From sequence record MW057919.1: a stretch of DNA of 64,000 bases, one strand, 5' to 3'. Position 1 is the stretch's first letter. Each line of letters begins with the position of its first letter. The notes below the pieces were generated by a model. The model was not told the origin of the DNA, searched no databases, and was given only the letters and a program-made list of their open reading frames with translations. The position numbers and the translations under genes are program-made. Below, in pieces: positions 25,413 to 36,347 of the stretch.

Positions 25413-26609
25413 ATGAAAATTAATGAACTTACAAATACTGATTTATTATTAGAAAACCACACTATTAATAAAATTGATTGTTTACTAGGATTACTTTATA
25501 AACATAACTTCGATAAAGAATTTACATCTAAAATTAATTTTGGTATTCTAACGCAAATGACATATCAGAAGGATGATGTCAGTTTCGTAGTGAAGCCTAG
25601 CTTTGAACAAGGTTTTATTAATATCACTTTTAGTAATGATACATCATGGAATGTTAATTTTGCACTCATCGATGGTAAACCTAAATACATTGGTTATACT
25701 GATCAAGAAGTGACAATTGAAGAGCCGCATAGCAGGGAATATTACACTCTAACAAGTGAGAGTATTCGGCAATTAACAATTCAAGTATTAATTAATACAT
25801 GGTATCAAGTAAATAATATTCCAAGCGAAGTATACGAGTATCAACATCACTGGAAACTGGATAAAAATATTCTTAACGATGATGATATTATTCGATACTA
25901 TTATCGTTTCATTTTAGCTACCTATTGGGGAATGCCAACACCTGATAGACAAGCTACATTTGAAAAGTGGTTAGAAAATGACATTGCAAATGGGGAAGGT
26001 GATGACACAACTAATAGTCATTTAAAATGGCTATTCAAACAGGATCATTCTAATATTACTGAAACAACTAATGTTAGAGATGAAATTAATGCATGTAGCA
26101 TCCACCACATTTATCCGTCAGGCAATATTACGTGTGTTTTAACTGATAATAAGAAACCCACACGTTGGCGAGAATATGTAATGCATGCCTTCTATAAAAC
26201 CATTGGGTATACTTGGGTTAATCCAATTGAACTATATTGGCATAAAGGTACTTCTGTGGAGTATGTTAGTTTAGAAACGGTTAATGCCAACCTTTTACTA
26301 GCTGCAAATATTTTCACTGTATACAGTAATTGGAATATTACGGAAAATAGCCATACTTCAGATAACTCTGTATCTATCCCAGCTATTAACCTATTTTGCA
26401 TCAATAGTGAAAATAGTCAATATGCAGTATCCTTTAAGAATAAAAATAATAACTCTTATGAATTATTTGATTCATTATCCTTAAGTGGAAATCAAATAAT
26501 TTCATACACTGAAACCGCTATTGAGAAATCTAATTGTTCTGGTCCATTGAAATTTGTAAGTGATCACGTTATCAAGTTTATTTGTAAGGAACTAACAACG
26601 TGTCGATGA
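25413..26609 (+). CDS. AT-rich early hypothetical protein
   Basis: 398-aa ORF, SD GAGG, own early promoter. Confidence 0.85.
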   Translation: MKINELTNTDLLLENHTINKIDCLLGLLYKHNFDKEFTSKINFGILTQMTYQKDDVSFVVKPSFEQGFINITFSNDTSWNVNFALIDGKPKYIGYTDQEVTIEEPHSREYYTLTSESIRQLTIQVLINTWYQVNNIPSEVYEYQHHWKLDKNILNDDDIIRYYYRFILATYWGMPTPDRQATFEKWLENDIANGEGDDTTNSHLKWLFKQDHSNITETTNVRDEINACSIHHIYPSGNITCVLTDNKKPTRWREYVMHAFYKTIGYTWVNPIELYWHKGTSVEYVSLETVNANLLLAANIFTVYSNWNITENSHTSDNSVSIPAINLFCINSENSQYAVSFKNKNNNSYELFDSLSLSGNQIISYTETAIEKSNCSGPLKFVSDHVIKFICKELTTCR

Positions 26610-26962
26610 AGAATGAAATTGATAGTTTAACTAAAATTATTAATGATTTATTAAAAGAGCACTTTACTAATCGTAAAGAATTTATTACGAAGATTGGTAA
26701 TAAACGTATAGTCGTTCCGGGTGCTCTAGTTTTCTTCAAAAAGTTACGTGGAGAAATTACGGCTAAGGTTTATGCAAAGCGTAAAGTAGATGGTGGCTAT
26801 CATGAGCCAGCTATTAGCACTGTATGCGTTAGTAATACAAATGTATCATGGGGTGGATTCAGTGGTACCCCGCGTAAGGAAATTAAAGATAGTTTAACTA
26901 TTTTTACTTATGTGGCTATTTACGATGCTCTGAAAAATTTATGTAATGATCAATCTAGCTAA
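26600..26962 (+). CDS. Hypothetical protein
   Basis: 120-aa ORF, SD AAGGA (GTG 26600 or ATG 26606). Confidence 0.75.
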   Translation: MSMKNEIDSLTKIINDLLKEHFTNRKEFITKIGNKRIVVPGALVFFKKLRGEITAKVYAKRKVDGGYHEPAISTVCVSNTNVSWGGFSGTPRKEIKDSLTIFTYVAIYDALKNLCNDQSS

Positions 26963-26975
26963 TGTTACTTAACAG

Positions 26976-27007
26976 CATAAGCCCTCCCATTACGGGAGGG
27001 CATTATG
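26976..27007. terminator. Bidirectional CATA-hairpin-TATG element
   Basis: CATA-A-GCCCTCCC-ATTAC-GGGAGGGC-AT-TATG between convergent genes. Confidence 0.8.
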
Positions 27008-27008
27008 T

Positions 27009-28283
27009 TTATTTTGTTTTTGTATAGTAATTCTTAGTCATAGCACGTAGAATTAAATACAACATCAACCCAGTCCTAGTTGCTGCGATATATGCAGGTA
27101 CCCTAGAATTAGTCGCATCCCTAACTAACTTCTCACCTTCTTCACGCATGAAAATAACTTGAGCATTTTCTGTTTTAGATGCCATTATCTTTGCTCGTAT
27201 TTTTACAAGCAATGTTTGTAGATCATTATTTCTAGCAACCATTGTACGGAGTGATTGCATATAATCGAAAGCATACAATAAGCACTCATCTACGAGTTTC
27301 TCAAGCTTTTGTGCTCTAGGTTGACCGATGTTACGGGAAAGGTGTCTAAGCGTTGCCATGAACATTTCTGGAGGCATTGTGGGCATTATCTTTTCAATAA
27401 TACCGACTAGCTCAGGTCTAATGAAATTTTGTTCTTGTTGCGCAACTTGATGGATATAAGTAAGATATGAGCGATACCCAGTAGACTTATCGCGTAGAAT
27501 CTGCTCACCATCAGAATTAACAGCCATGTCTGATGAAATAACTAATTTACCACCTGATTGTAGTGTTCTGATATAAACATCATAGTACTTGTTGATTAAT
27601 TCACGTAGACGTGTTTGAGTATCAGATACCACACGACCAGACCAATAATCCAGTTCTTGTGTTTTACCAGTTAAGAAAGGTGCATAAATAGAATCAGGTG
27701 CAATGATACCTTCAGCCCGTTGCCTAAATAGTTTCTCCCATGACCCAATTGTCTTAATGTCAAATCGATAATTGAGTGCAGCGAATGCAGCTTCGGCTAC
27801 TTCTTTACGTGCAGGATATTTAAAGCGTGGTACAAGTAAAGATGTTAGATATTTAAAATGCAACACCATGAAACAACTAACCATTGCTTCATGTCTAATA
27901 TTCAAAGGAACATTAGTTGTTTTTAAAAGCCTAGAACAAATATAGGCAGGAAGATGATTGAATACATCTGACATTACACGATGGTTAGGGTCAATGAATT
28001 CAACTGTCTTAAAATCTTGGACTAACAGAGCTTCATCAATTCGTAAAACATCATCATACCAAATCTCACGATCCGTATCGAAGAATTTAACTTGTTGTAC
28101 ACCTAGTAATACACCACCAAAGAAAGCAGAGTGATCAGCATTCCTATTCATAAAACTGATAGTAAAGTCAATAATTCTTTTACATAAATCGCGATCAAAT
28201 TGAACATCCTTAAAATTTCTATCAAGGACTTCTTTAATAGTTGCCATTGGGAAAACCTCCTGGAGAATCAAATCATAAGTCAT
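27009..28283 (-). CDS. Conserved protein, putative virion component (gp32-like)
   Basis: 424 aa helical ORF on the late strand; synteny. Confidence 0.7.
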   Translation of the reverse strand: MTYDLILQEVFPMATIKEVLDRNFKDVQFDRDLCKRIIDFTISFMNRNADHSAFFGGVLLGVQQVKFFDTDREIWYDDVLRIDEALLVQDFKTVEFIDPNHRVMSDVFNHLPAYICSRLLKTTNVPLNIRHEAMVSCFMVLHFKYLTSLLVPRFKYPARKEVAEAAFAALNYRFDIKTIGSWEKLFRQRAEGIIAPDSIYAPFLTGKTQELDYWSGRVVSDTQTRLRELINKYYDVYIRTLQSGGKLVISSDMAVNSDGEQILRDKSTGYRSYLTYIHQVAQQEQNFIRPELVGIIEKIMPTMPPEMFMATLRHLSRNIGQPRAQKLEKLVDECLLYAFDYMQSLRTMVARNNDLQTLLVKIRAKIMASKTENAQVIFMREEGEKLVRDATNSRVPAYIAATRTGLMLYLILRAMTKNYYTKTK

Positions 28284-28337
28284 AAAAGTACTTATGTTAT
28301 TTATTCCATGTAATTACATAAATTAGAGGATAATAAA

Positions 28338-29207
28338 ATGGTTTATAAAATGATTAGTTTATTAAACCTAGCTAACCCTAGTTTAATTCAGCAATTAAGT
28401 CAATCGGTATCTAATGAAAAAGATCTAGAAAATCTTAGAACTAGTGGTTGGCTAAAAGATGATCTTAACAATAATGTGTTTTTCATTTATTCTGAAACAT
28501 CTTCCGATATTCTAGCTAGTCTAAGGATTAATTTAACTATTGACCCATGGATAGATAGTGATAGTCCCTATCAGAAACTAGATGTTGGTCAAGTTAGTCG
28601 ATACATGACAACTGCACTTGCTTGTACTAATAATGATTATGAAGTTAATGTTATTAAAACTATTTCTAAATTATTATTATCATTTATTAATAATCAGATA
28701 TGTTCAGTTAATAATATTAAGTTTAACAATAGTGGTAATGAAACTCAACTATCAGTTGGATTAATACATAATTCTTATACCCTGGACATAGATTTAAATA
28801 TTGGAATGAAATCATTTATTGATAATAAAACTATTATTGATAAATATAAATTATTTGAAACATCGTTAAGTAAAACTAAGAATGAATTTAATTTTTCTAT
28901 AGTCACTGATGACAAAGTTAATAAAGTTGCATCCATATACAAGACCGCATCTACATGTGAATATGATGATGCAATTCTATTTAACAAAGATTCGCTAGTA
29001 AGTATAAAACCATTTATTGATGGTCATTCACTTATTACTACTGATCTTATTGAATCACTTATCGAAGAAATTCAAAATAAAGAAACTAAAAAATTAAAGT
29101 TAATCAAAGTTATGTGTTCCAACCATTATCAGAGAACTCATGGAGATTTAATCACAATTGTCTTATGCAGCCCTGTTAATATTTGGTCCATAACTATCTA
29201 TGTATAG
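28338..29207 (+). CDS. AT-rich hypothetical protein
   Basis: 289-aa ORF, SD GAGGA. Confidence 0.8.
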   Translation: MVYKMISLLNLANPSLIQQLSQSVSNEKDLENLRTSGWLKDDLNNNVFFIYSETSSDILASLRINLTIDPWIDSDSPYQKLDVGQVSRYMTTALACTNNDYEVNVIKTISKLLLSFINNQICSVNNIKFNNSGNETQLSVGLIHNSYTLDIDLNIGMKSFIDNKTIIDKYKLFETSLSKTKNEFNFSIVTDDKVNKVASIYKTASTCEYDDAILFNKDSLVSIKPFIDGHSLITTDLIESLIEEIQNKETKKLKLIKVMCSNHYQRTHGDLITIVLCSPVNIWSITIYV

Positions 29208-29214
29208 GTAACAT

Positions 29215-29418
29215 ATGGATTTAAATCCTCATGACATCGATAATCAAGCAATATTTAATTATTTAGAAATGCTACCATCTACTTTTAAGATAACTGAATC
29301 TACTTTTGTTGCTGCTGATTTTGATAGTAATGGTGATGTCATCATACAACTAGAGCAATCATTAATTTATACTGGTTGCTCTTTATCTAAATTTAATGCG
29401 TGTTTTAACACTATGTAA
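29215..29418 (+). CDS. Small hypothetical protein
   Basis: 67-aa ORF, SD AGG, followed by hairpin. Confidence 0.6.
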   Translation: MDLNPHDIDNQAIFNYLEMLPSTFKITESTFVAADFDSNGDVIIQLEQSLIYTGCSLSKFNACFNTM

Positions 29419-29425
29419 ATATAAT

Positions 29426-29452
29426 GCCCTCTCCATAAGGAGAGGGCTTATG
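29426..29452 (+). terminator. Hairpin followed by TATG (possible late promoter for the next two genes)
   Basis: GCCCTCTCC-ATAA-GGAGAGGGC-T-TATG. Confidence 0.7.
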
Positions 29453-29504
29453 ATGTATTTTCTCTTTTATCATCTGTAGTACAATAACTCAAATATAATT
29501 GTAG

Positions 29505-30284
<780 letters not shown>

Positions 30285-30293
30285 GGTACAACC

Positions 30294-31109
30294 ATGGCTA
30301 AACGAAAAGCTCGCGCAGTAAGTGCACCAGTAACATTATCAGAAATTAGTGAAATCCCTAATGAAGTAACTAATGCAGAGGATAGTGTCAATGAACTTGA
30401 AACCACTCCTACTGAAATTGTTTCTACTGAATCAAGTGAAAATGAAAATACCACTGCCGATTCAGAAAACACAGCCGCAACTGACTCGACAACAGATGAA
30501 GAATCAGAAGACACGTCTTCTACTGAAGCAAATGGAGATGGGGAATCAGAAGAGCCCGATCTATCGGAGAATCAGGAAGATCCGAAGGAGCCTATAGAAA
30601 CGCCTGAGGAGCCCGTTGAAGATGATGATGGTTCAGGTGACCCTGATGGTGGTACATCTGAAGAAAAGCCAACAGAAGGCGATCCAGAGGATCCTGAAGA
30701 GCCAACTGAACCTACTGACCCTGAAGAACCCACTGATCCAGTTGATCCGGTGGAACCACCGCCTGAAGAACCTAAAGCATTCCAATTAAACCTAGCTACA
30801 GTGAAATCACAGTTTGGTGATTTACCAACGTATTGGGCTATTGAGTTAATTAAACGTTATTTCAGTGCGCCACCTGCTATCTATATCCCAGATGTAGTCG
30901 ATAACCCTGATTTCAAAATAATGGTTCAACAGGTAAAATTCTTTGGTAATGGTCTACGTCCGATATATAACTCTAAGAACATGATTACTTTCACCACTAT
31001 GTTAGAAGGTGCAAGTGAAGCAACAATCTTAGAGGATATGAAGAAACAACAACCGGCATTACTAAGTTTATTACCTTGGTATGATCCAAACGCTGAAATA
31101 GATAAATGA
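30294..31109 (+). CDS. Capsid decoration/minor capsid protein (gp35-like) with long acidic Pro/Glu/Thr N-terminal region
   Basis: 271 aa; about 160-aa low-complexity acidic N-terminus and globular C-terminus; synteny with phiKZ gp35. Confidence 0.65.
   Translation: MAKRKARAVSAPVTLSEISEIPNEVTNAEDSVNELETTPTEIVSTESSENENTTADSENTAATDSTTDEESEDTSSTEANGDGESEEPDLSENQEDPKEPIETPEEPVEDDDGSGDPDGGTSEEKPTEGDPEDPEEPTEPTDPEEPTDPVDPVEPPPEEPKAFQLNLATVKSQFGDLPTYWAIELIKRYFSAPPAIYIPDVVDNPDFKIMVQQVKFFGNGLRPIYNSKNMITFTTMLEGASEATILEDMKKQQPALLSLLPWYDPNAEIDK
30680..30775 (+). repeat. Degenerate coding tandem repeats (PEEPT/DP)
   Basis: GATCCAGAGGATCCTGAAGAGCCAACTGAACCTACTGACCCTGAAGAACCCACTGATCCA encodes repeated DPEEPT units. 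Confidence 0.75.
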
Positions 31110-31110
31110 A

Positions 31111-31140
31111 CATATTGCCTCCCCTAGGGGAGGCTTTATG
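31111..31140 (+). terminator. CATA-hairpin-TATG element
   Basis: CATA-TT-GCCTCCC-CTAG-GGGAGGC-TT-TATG. Confidence 0.8.
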
Positions 31141-31164
31141 CTGAGTTAAAAAAAGTTTAAGATC

Positions 31165-31172
31165 TATATTAC
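31165..31172 (+). promoter_or_regulatory. Early promoter TATATTAC
   Basis: Exact motif preceded by AAAAAAAGTTTAAGATC. Confidence 0.8.
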
Positions 31173-31212
31173 ATATTTGCAATAATAAACAATATTCAAA
31201 TAGGTATCTATA

Positions 31213-32025
31213 ATGACTGAATCAACTACTTTTAGTTTTACCCCTAATCCACATCTAAAAGAAATATACGATAATTTTAAAAATAAATATCCTAAAAACA
31301 GTGTAATCTACGGTTGGATAAATAAAGAAAATAATAAATGGGGAATTACCGGTAATACGAAATATAATTCAATTACAGGTACTGGCCATAATGTTCAATA
31401 CATTAATCATCTAATTTCTAGACTACTAGAAGAAGAACAGCATTTTGAGAATACACGTATTGAAAGAGCATGGCTTAATTTAATTGAGTCATATGAAGAC
31501 AGTTATAAAAGCGATGTATCTCACTATACTAATCTGCCATTAAAAGCCACCTTACCAATTGGTAAGCTCAATGTATTTCAAATCGGAAGAGCACACTCAG
31601 ATGAACTAGGCATGATTACACTAAAATCTGCCAATGTATCAGAAATCATTATTGAGTCTAAATCAGCTCTTGATGAAGCTCTTAATTCTATTGATTGCAT
31701 TATTCATGAAAACATTAAAACTGATTTTAAAGTACTCATGCATGAATTTTATAAAAATGAACCATATAGGCCTGATTGGTTAAAAGAAAATGGTACATGC
31801 AAATTTATTCAATCAACCTTTAACATTGGTTCATCATTTGATTTAATTTACTATGGATGGAAGTGGGAAGGTGTAACCAGCAAAACAAGTGATCGAGATG
31901 CAGCTGATATGCTGTATTCTGGTATTATTATTAATACATCAAAATTAGTTAATGATCCAGATAATGAACCGTTATTTGAACAATTAGTTAATGTATGTGA
32001 AGTATCAACTGCTAAAGTAAAATAA
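31213..32025 (+). CDS. Early hypothetical protein (gp36-like)
   Basis: 270-aa ORF, SD AGGT. Confidence 0.85.
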   Translation: MTESTTFSFTPNPHLKEIYDNFKNKYPKNSVIYGWINKENNKWGITGNTKYNSITGTGHNVQYINHLISRLLEEEQHFENTRIERAWLNLIESYEDSYKSDVSHYTNLPLKATLPIGKLNVFQIGRAHSDELGMITLKSANVSEIIIESKSALDEALNSIDCIIHENIKTDFKVLMHEFYKNEPYRPDWLKENGTCKFIQSTFNIGSSFDLIYYGWKWEGVTSKTSDRDAADMLYSGIIINTSKLVNDPDNEPLFEQLVNVCEVSTAKVK

Positions 32026-32061
32026 GTGTATTATTTTTAATAAATGAAGAGGTTAGAAAAA

Positions 32062-32883
32062 ATGACTCAATTTAACATCACCTGGGAAGAACAACTCCAA
32101 GCCCTATCTAAGCTAGATGGTTTACATCATCCACATAAATTAGAGGATATCTCCGTTCATTGGGTATTTAATCCAGTAGATATTTCAGTTTTTGTTACAT
32201 GTGCGACCATGAGTAGTCATAACACCCACTATACTTTTAAACCGCAGTCAAGTCCAGATGATGCCATGGTGCGAGAATATGTACTATCTCGCATTATTGC
32301 CGATAATCTGAAATATGTTGATAATTTATATCTAGCGGCTGGTGCCGTTATTTGCGGTAATGACGAATACATTAGTGATGGTAATGTGATTGGAATTCAT
32401 ATCGCTGACGGCGTAGGAGGTAACAAGCTTATTCTACCAGTCATTGAATTTATGCCAGGCGTTCATGTTGATGATATCAGTGATGAACTAATCGAGTCGT
32501 CATCTTATCAAGGTATTTTCAAAACAGATAACCTTGAAGAGTTTGAATTCCTTGTTGATAAGAAGAATGCAATTAATGTAAAAGAATTAATTCTAGCCCA
32601 TACTGATTATTTCGCTAATAAGCTGGCCTTTAAAGATCCAGCTGAACCAGCTGTAGAAATGTATCAGTTTATTGATCGGACTGAAGTATATTTTAGTTTC
32701 GAAGGATGTCATTCAGATGTTGAAGAAGTTCTATTTACTATTAAGATCACACGTTATAATCAACCGCTCAATTCAACCGCGATGCAAGTATTTTTGAAAA
32801 ACCCGCTATTACCGCACATCCGGACCATCGTCCGGCAGGCCAATCCGACGCAACGGACGCGCGGTGTACTATTTAATTTTTGA
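32062..32883 (+). CDS. dip: Degradosome-interacting protein Dip (RNase E inhibitor, gp37)
   Basis: MTQFNITWEEQLQALSKLDGLHHPHKLEDISVHWVFNPVDISVFVTCATM... recognised as phiKZ Dip; ATG 32062 has SD GAGG, 273 aa. Confidence 0.9.
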   Translation: MTQFNITWEEQLQALSKLDGLHHPHKLEDISVHWVFNPVDISVFVTCATMSSHNTHYTFKPQSSPDDAMVREYVLSRIIADNLKYVDNLYLAAGAVICGNDEYISDGNVIGIHIADGVGGNKLILPVIEFMPGVHVDDISDELIESSSYQGIFKTDNLEEFEFLVDKKNAINVKELILAHTDYFANKLAFKDPAEPAVEMYQFIDRTEVYFSFEGCHSDVEEVLFTIKITRYNQPLNSTAMQVFLKNPLLPHIRTIVRQANPTQRTRGVLFNF

Positions 32884-33130
32884 GAAATTCATTACTTTAA
32901 TAGACTGTATTTCTCTTATTTATCTCTTTTCTTCTAAAAAGAAAATTATATAAATAGTATATTATGTGGGGGGGACCCTTTGGGGGGGTCCCATATAATA
33001 TTCCTTATTATTAGAGAAGGGGTATAACCCATCCTTAGTTCGAGAATCTATTACTTTTAGTAATAAGGGATTGGCTATAAAAAGCCAATACCGTTTAATT
33101 TGAAAATAGAAAAATTGGAAAAAATGAAAA

Positions 33131-33643
33131 ATGACTGAACAGAAAGATTACACTCTAGTACGTACTCCACTAACTCATGATGAACTAAAGAAAGCATTTA
33201 AAGAAGATAACATTCATGCATCTGATGTTCAACTAGATAGGTTAGTTAAGTTATCTGAAGAAGTATGCAGTGTTAAAGGTAATTATAACATTCGTCCTTT
33301 AGCTAACACAAAAGGTATGGTATTTGAATTCACTAACAAAGATGGTGAGATCATTGCATTAATTCCTTTTGATATTTCTAAAGAACGTAAAAATGCCAAA
33401 ATCCCAAAAACGAAATGGCTTACTGAACTTCTAAGTATTTACCGTTATAAAGTCAGTAAGATTGAAGTTAAGAATGTACTAAACATGATTATTGATTGTG
33501 TTAAGTCCGGTGGTACTTGGCAAACCTATATGTGTCGAGATAAGCTTGCAATTGAATTTAAATCAGATATTGGTAAAGTGGTTAATGAATTAATTGTTCA
33601 TCAAGAACGAACTCATGAAGAGATCGTTACTTTTAAGCACTAA
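33131..33643 (+). CDS. Hypothetical protein (gp38-like)
   Basis: 170-aa ORF upstream of phuZ. Confidence 0.8.
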   Translation: MTEQKDYTLVRTPLTHDELKKAFKEDNIHASDVQLDRLVKLSEEVCSVKGNYNIRPLANTKGMVFEFTNKDGEIIALIPFDISKERKNAKIPKTKWLTELLSIYRYKVSKIEVKNVLNMIIDCVKSGGTWQTYMCRDKLAIEFKSDIGKVVNELIVHQERTHEEIVTFKH

Positions 33644-33693
33644 TACCATTTACAAGTTGGTATATGAATTTATATTAAACACAATGAGGTGTA

Positions 33694-34677
33694 ATGATGT
33701 CTAAAGTAAAAACTCGAATTTACTTTTGTGGTGGTGCTGGTTTCCGTATTGGTGAACTATTCCATGGTTATCATGAGGATGTTTGCTACATTGATACCAG
33801 TGTACAAAATAAACACAAACACAATACTGACGATAATACGATCATTATTGAAGCGGATACTAAGCTAGCTGACCAGACCGCACGTAAACGTGCTATCGGT
33901 ATGGGTAAAGATCGTAAGGCAGCCGCAGAACTAATCTCTTCACACATTCCTGCCATTGCCCATCATTTCCCAGCAGGGGATGCTAACATTGTAGTGTATT
34001 CAATGGGTGGTGCTTCTGGTTCAACTATTGGTCCTTCTCTTGTTAGTCATCTACAACAACAAGGTGAAGTAGTTGTAAGTGTGGTCATTGGATCTTACGA
34101 CAGTGATATTAGTCTTCGTAATAGCAGTGGTAGCCTTAAGACTTTTGAAGGGGTTTCCTCTGTTAGTAAAGTTCCGATGATTATTAACTATCATGAGAAT
34201 GTTGAAGGTATACCGCAATCAATGGTGAACCAAAACATTCTTGAAGTACTAAATGCACTAGTAATTCTATTTAATCAAGAACACCAAAGTCTTGATCTAA
34301 TGGATATCACTAACTGGGCACACTTCCATAAGCACCATGATGTACCTGTACAGACTGTCCAATTACACGTGTGTTTCGATCGTCAAGAAGCTCAGGCTAT
34401 TCTGGATCCAATTTCTATTGCTTCACTATACACTGATCCTGATCGCGATGTATCAATTAGTACAGTTCTAACTCGTACTACTGGTTATGCTGATCCTGAA
34501 AAATATGATTTCGATCAAATGCATTTTGTGATCAATGGCCTATCTATTGAAGATATTCGTAAGCGATTAGAAGAACGTCGTGAAATGATGAATCGAGCCA
34601 AAGCTAATATGCGTAAGCGTCAGTCTACTCTAGATGTGGATGACCAAGCAACTAGTAGTGGTCTTGTATTCGATTAA
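33694..34677 (+). CDS. phuZ: PhuZ tubulin-like spindle protein (gp39)
   Basis: 327 aa; RIYFCGGAG, tubulin signature SMGGASGS, acidic C-terminal tail LDVDD...GLVFD. Confidence 0.97.
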   Translation: MMSKVKTRIYFCGGAGFRIGELFHGYHEDVCYIDTSVQNKHKHNTDDNTIIIEADTKLADQTARKRAIGMGKDRKAAAELISSHIPAIAHHFPAGDANIVVYSMGGASGSTIGPSLVSHLQQQGEVVVSVVIGSYDSDISLRNSSGSLKTFEGVSSVSKVPMIINYHENVEGIPQSMVNQNILEVLNALVILFNQEHQSLDLMDITNWAHFHKHHDVPVQTVQLHVCFDRQEAQAILDPISIASLYTDPDRDVSISTVLTRTTGYADPEKYDFDQMHFVINGLSIEDIRKRLEERREMMNRAKANMRKRQSTLDVDDQATSSGLVFD

Positions 34678-34685
34678 CTTATACT

Positions 34686-34716
34686 GGAGCCCTTCGGGGC
34701 TCCTTTTATTTTTTTT
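34686..34716 (+). terminator. Rho-independent terminator
   Basis: GGAGCCC-TTCG-GGGCTCC followed by TTTTATTTTTTTT. Confidence 0.92.
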
Positions 34717-34731
34717 GTAATGAGGTGTAAT

Positions 34732-35214
34732 ATGAAACCAGTAAATACAGTTACTTATATTCCTTTGCATGTAGCTGAATCATTTTATTCCCCTAGAAAT
34801 ATGATCTGTCTACTGGAGAAAGGTAGAGTCCCACTTTATTCAGCAAAACATCTTAATTATTTACGTATCAATGTTGATGACATTGAGGATTATGTTGATT
34901 CTTCTTATGATCTATTTGATCATCGGCATGCACAACGTATTATTTCCTTCTGTGAAGCTCTTGGTAAGGGTCAACACCTATTCGTACACTGTGAGGCAGG
35001 TATTAGCCGATCGGCTGCTGTAGCTAAGTTTCTGTGCGATAAAATGGGATTCATTCATGTACCGCATAATCCATCTTTATTTAATTTTGATGGTTACAAT
35101 GGTCACATTTATGGAGTTTTATGTAATGCTAAAGCAGGGAAGCTTTATTATGACGATAGAGCCGATGGTATTTTTATGGGTAAAGTAAATCAGAATTTTG
35201 CAGATATTAAATAA
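34732..35214 (+). CDS. Cys-dependent (CX5R) tyrosine/dual-specificity phosphatase-like protein
   Basis: P-loop FVHCEAGISRSAAVA and upstream NVDD acid loop; ATG 34732 has SD GAGGT. Confidence 0.85.
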   Translation: MKPVNTVTYIPLHVAESFYSPRNMICLLEKGRVPLYSAKHLNYLRINVDDIEDYVDSSYDLFDHRHAQRIISFCEALGKGQHLFVHCEAGISRSAAVAKFLCDKMGFIHVPHNPSLFNFDGYNGHIYGVLCNAKAGKLYYDDRADGIFMGKVNQNFADIK

Positions 35215-35253
35215 CTAGCGATAATTAATAATCTGTATATTAGGAGATAACCG

Positions 35254-35727
35254 ATGGCAAAGAACACTGCTAAAAAGCTCGACGAGCAAATGGCAGCTGA
35301 ACTTGATCTGACGTTATCTCCGTTTACTATGGTTCTGAAACACGTAGTTCGTCTCCCCAACATAGTTGAGGGATTTATCTTTGTAATGGTTAAGGATGGA
35401 ATTATTAGCTATGATCGGGTAGACAAATGGGCTGAAGTAAACGGGATGCGTTTGCGAGTTCCTCGTTTCAAATCGCATTCGGTTATTGAGAAGCGGTTAA
35501 ACGATAAGCTGTATAGACGTTGGTATGTTTGGGGGAATGGTATTTTATATCCATTACAAACATCCAAGGTTGAAGATTTAAAAGATAATTTCTATTTCAA
35601 GATTGACAGTAACCCCCACTGTTGTACCATCCACATTCCAAATATTGATGCAGACAGTATACGAAATAATACATTACCATTTTTCGAAAGAGTCCACCCT
35701 GGATGGGGTGTTATATTAACTAATTGA
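35254..35727 (+). CDS. Hypothetical protein
   Basis: 157-aa ORF, SD AGGAG. Confidence 0.85.
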   Translation: MAKNTAKKLDEQMAAELDLTLSPFTMVLKHVVRLPNIVEGFIFVMVKDGIISYDRVDKWAEVNGMRLRVPRFKSHSVIEKRLNDKLYRRWYVWGNGILYPLQTSKVEDLKDNFYFKIDSNPHCCTIHIPNIDADSIRNNTLPFFERVHPGWGVILTN

Positions 35728-36056
35728 GATTTACGTATATGCTATTATTGATTGATTATCCTGAGGTTAAGGAACTGGCAGATTATGTAATGTCTGAATT
35801 TGAACAATATCCTAAATTAGTTAGTGGTTCTATTCTTTCACTTGAACACCACACTAAAGGATCATTTGATTTTATCTGGAGATATGACGGATGTGTTGAT
35901 ATTAGATATAAAAATCATATCTGTGGGACTATTACATTTATGGGTTCATATCCAACTTATTTAACTTATAAAAATGTTATTACCATCAATGTCCAAGATA
36001 TGATTATTTCATTAACAGATATCGAGAAATCATTATGTCAACAGTTGCTCAGTTAA
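35724..36056 (+). CDS. Hypothetical protein
   Basis: About 110-aa ORF; start uncertain (TTG 35724). Confidence 0.65.
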   Translation: MRFTYMLLLIDYPEVKELADYVMSEFEQYPKLVSGSILSLEHHTKGSFDFIWRYDGCVDIRYKNHICGTITFMGSYPTYLTYKNVITINVQDMIISLTDIEKSLCQQLLS

Positions 36057-36322
36057 GTATTTATGTAAAACAGTTTGTTCGTCTTAATCTTAAAGATGAG
36101 GATGTTATTTTAGCCGATGGCGAGAAATGGAATATTTTTGTTTTAAATAAAAATAAACTATTGATCCGTGATAGTGATCGAATAGCAGTTACAACTATCG
36201 ATTATGATTCATTCGGTAAGATTATTAAGATTGATCATTCTGATTTTGTCAATAGTTCCATGGCAACTGATAAGGCATATGAGGTATTAAAAACATATAT
36301 AGCTCATCGCTATGGGGTTTAA
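36035..36322 (+). CDS. Hypothetical protein
   Basis: 95-aa ORF overlapping the previous gene. Confidence 0.65.
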   Translation: MSTVAQLSIYVKQFVRLNLKDEDVILADGEKWNIFVLNKNKLLIRDSDRIAVTTIDYDSFGKIIKIDHSDFVNSSMATDKAYEVLKTYIAHRYGV

Positions 36323-36347
36323 TAAATATTTAAATACATTTAAAGGC

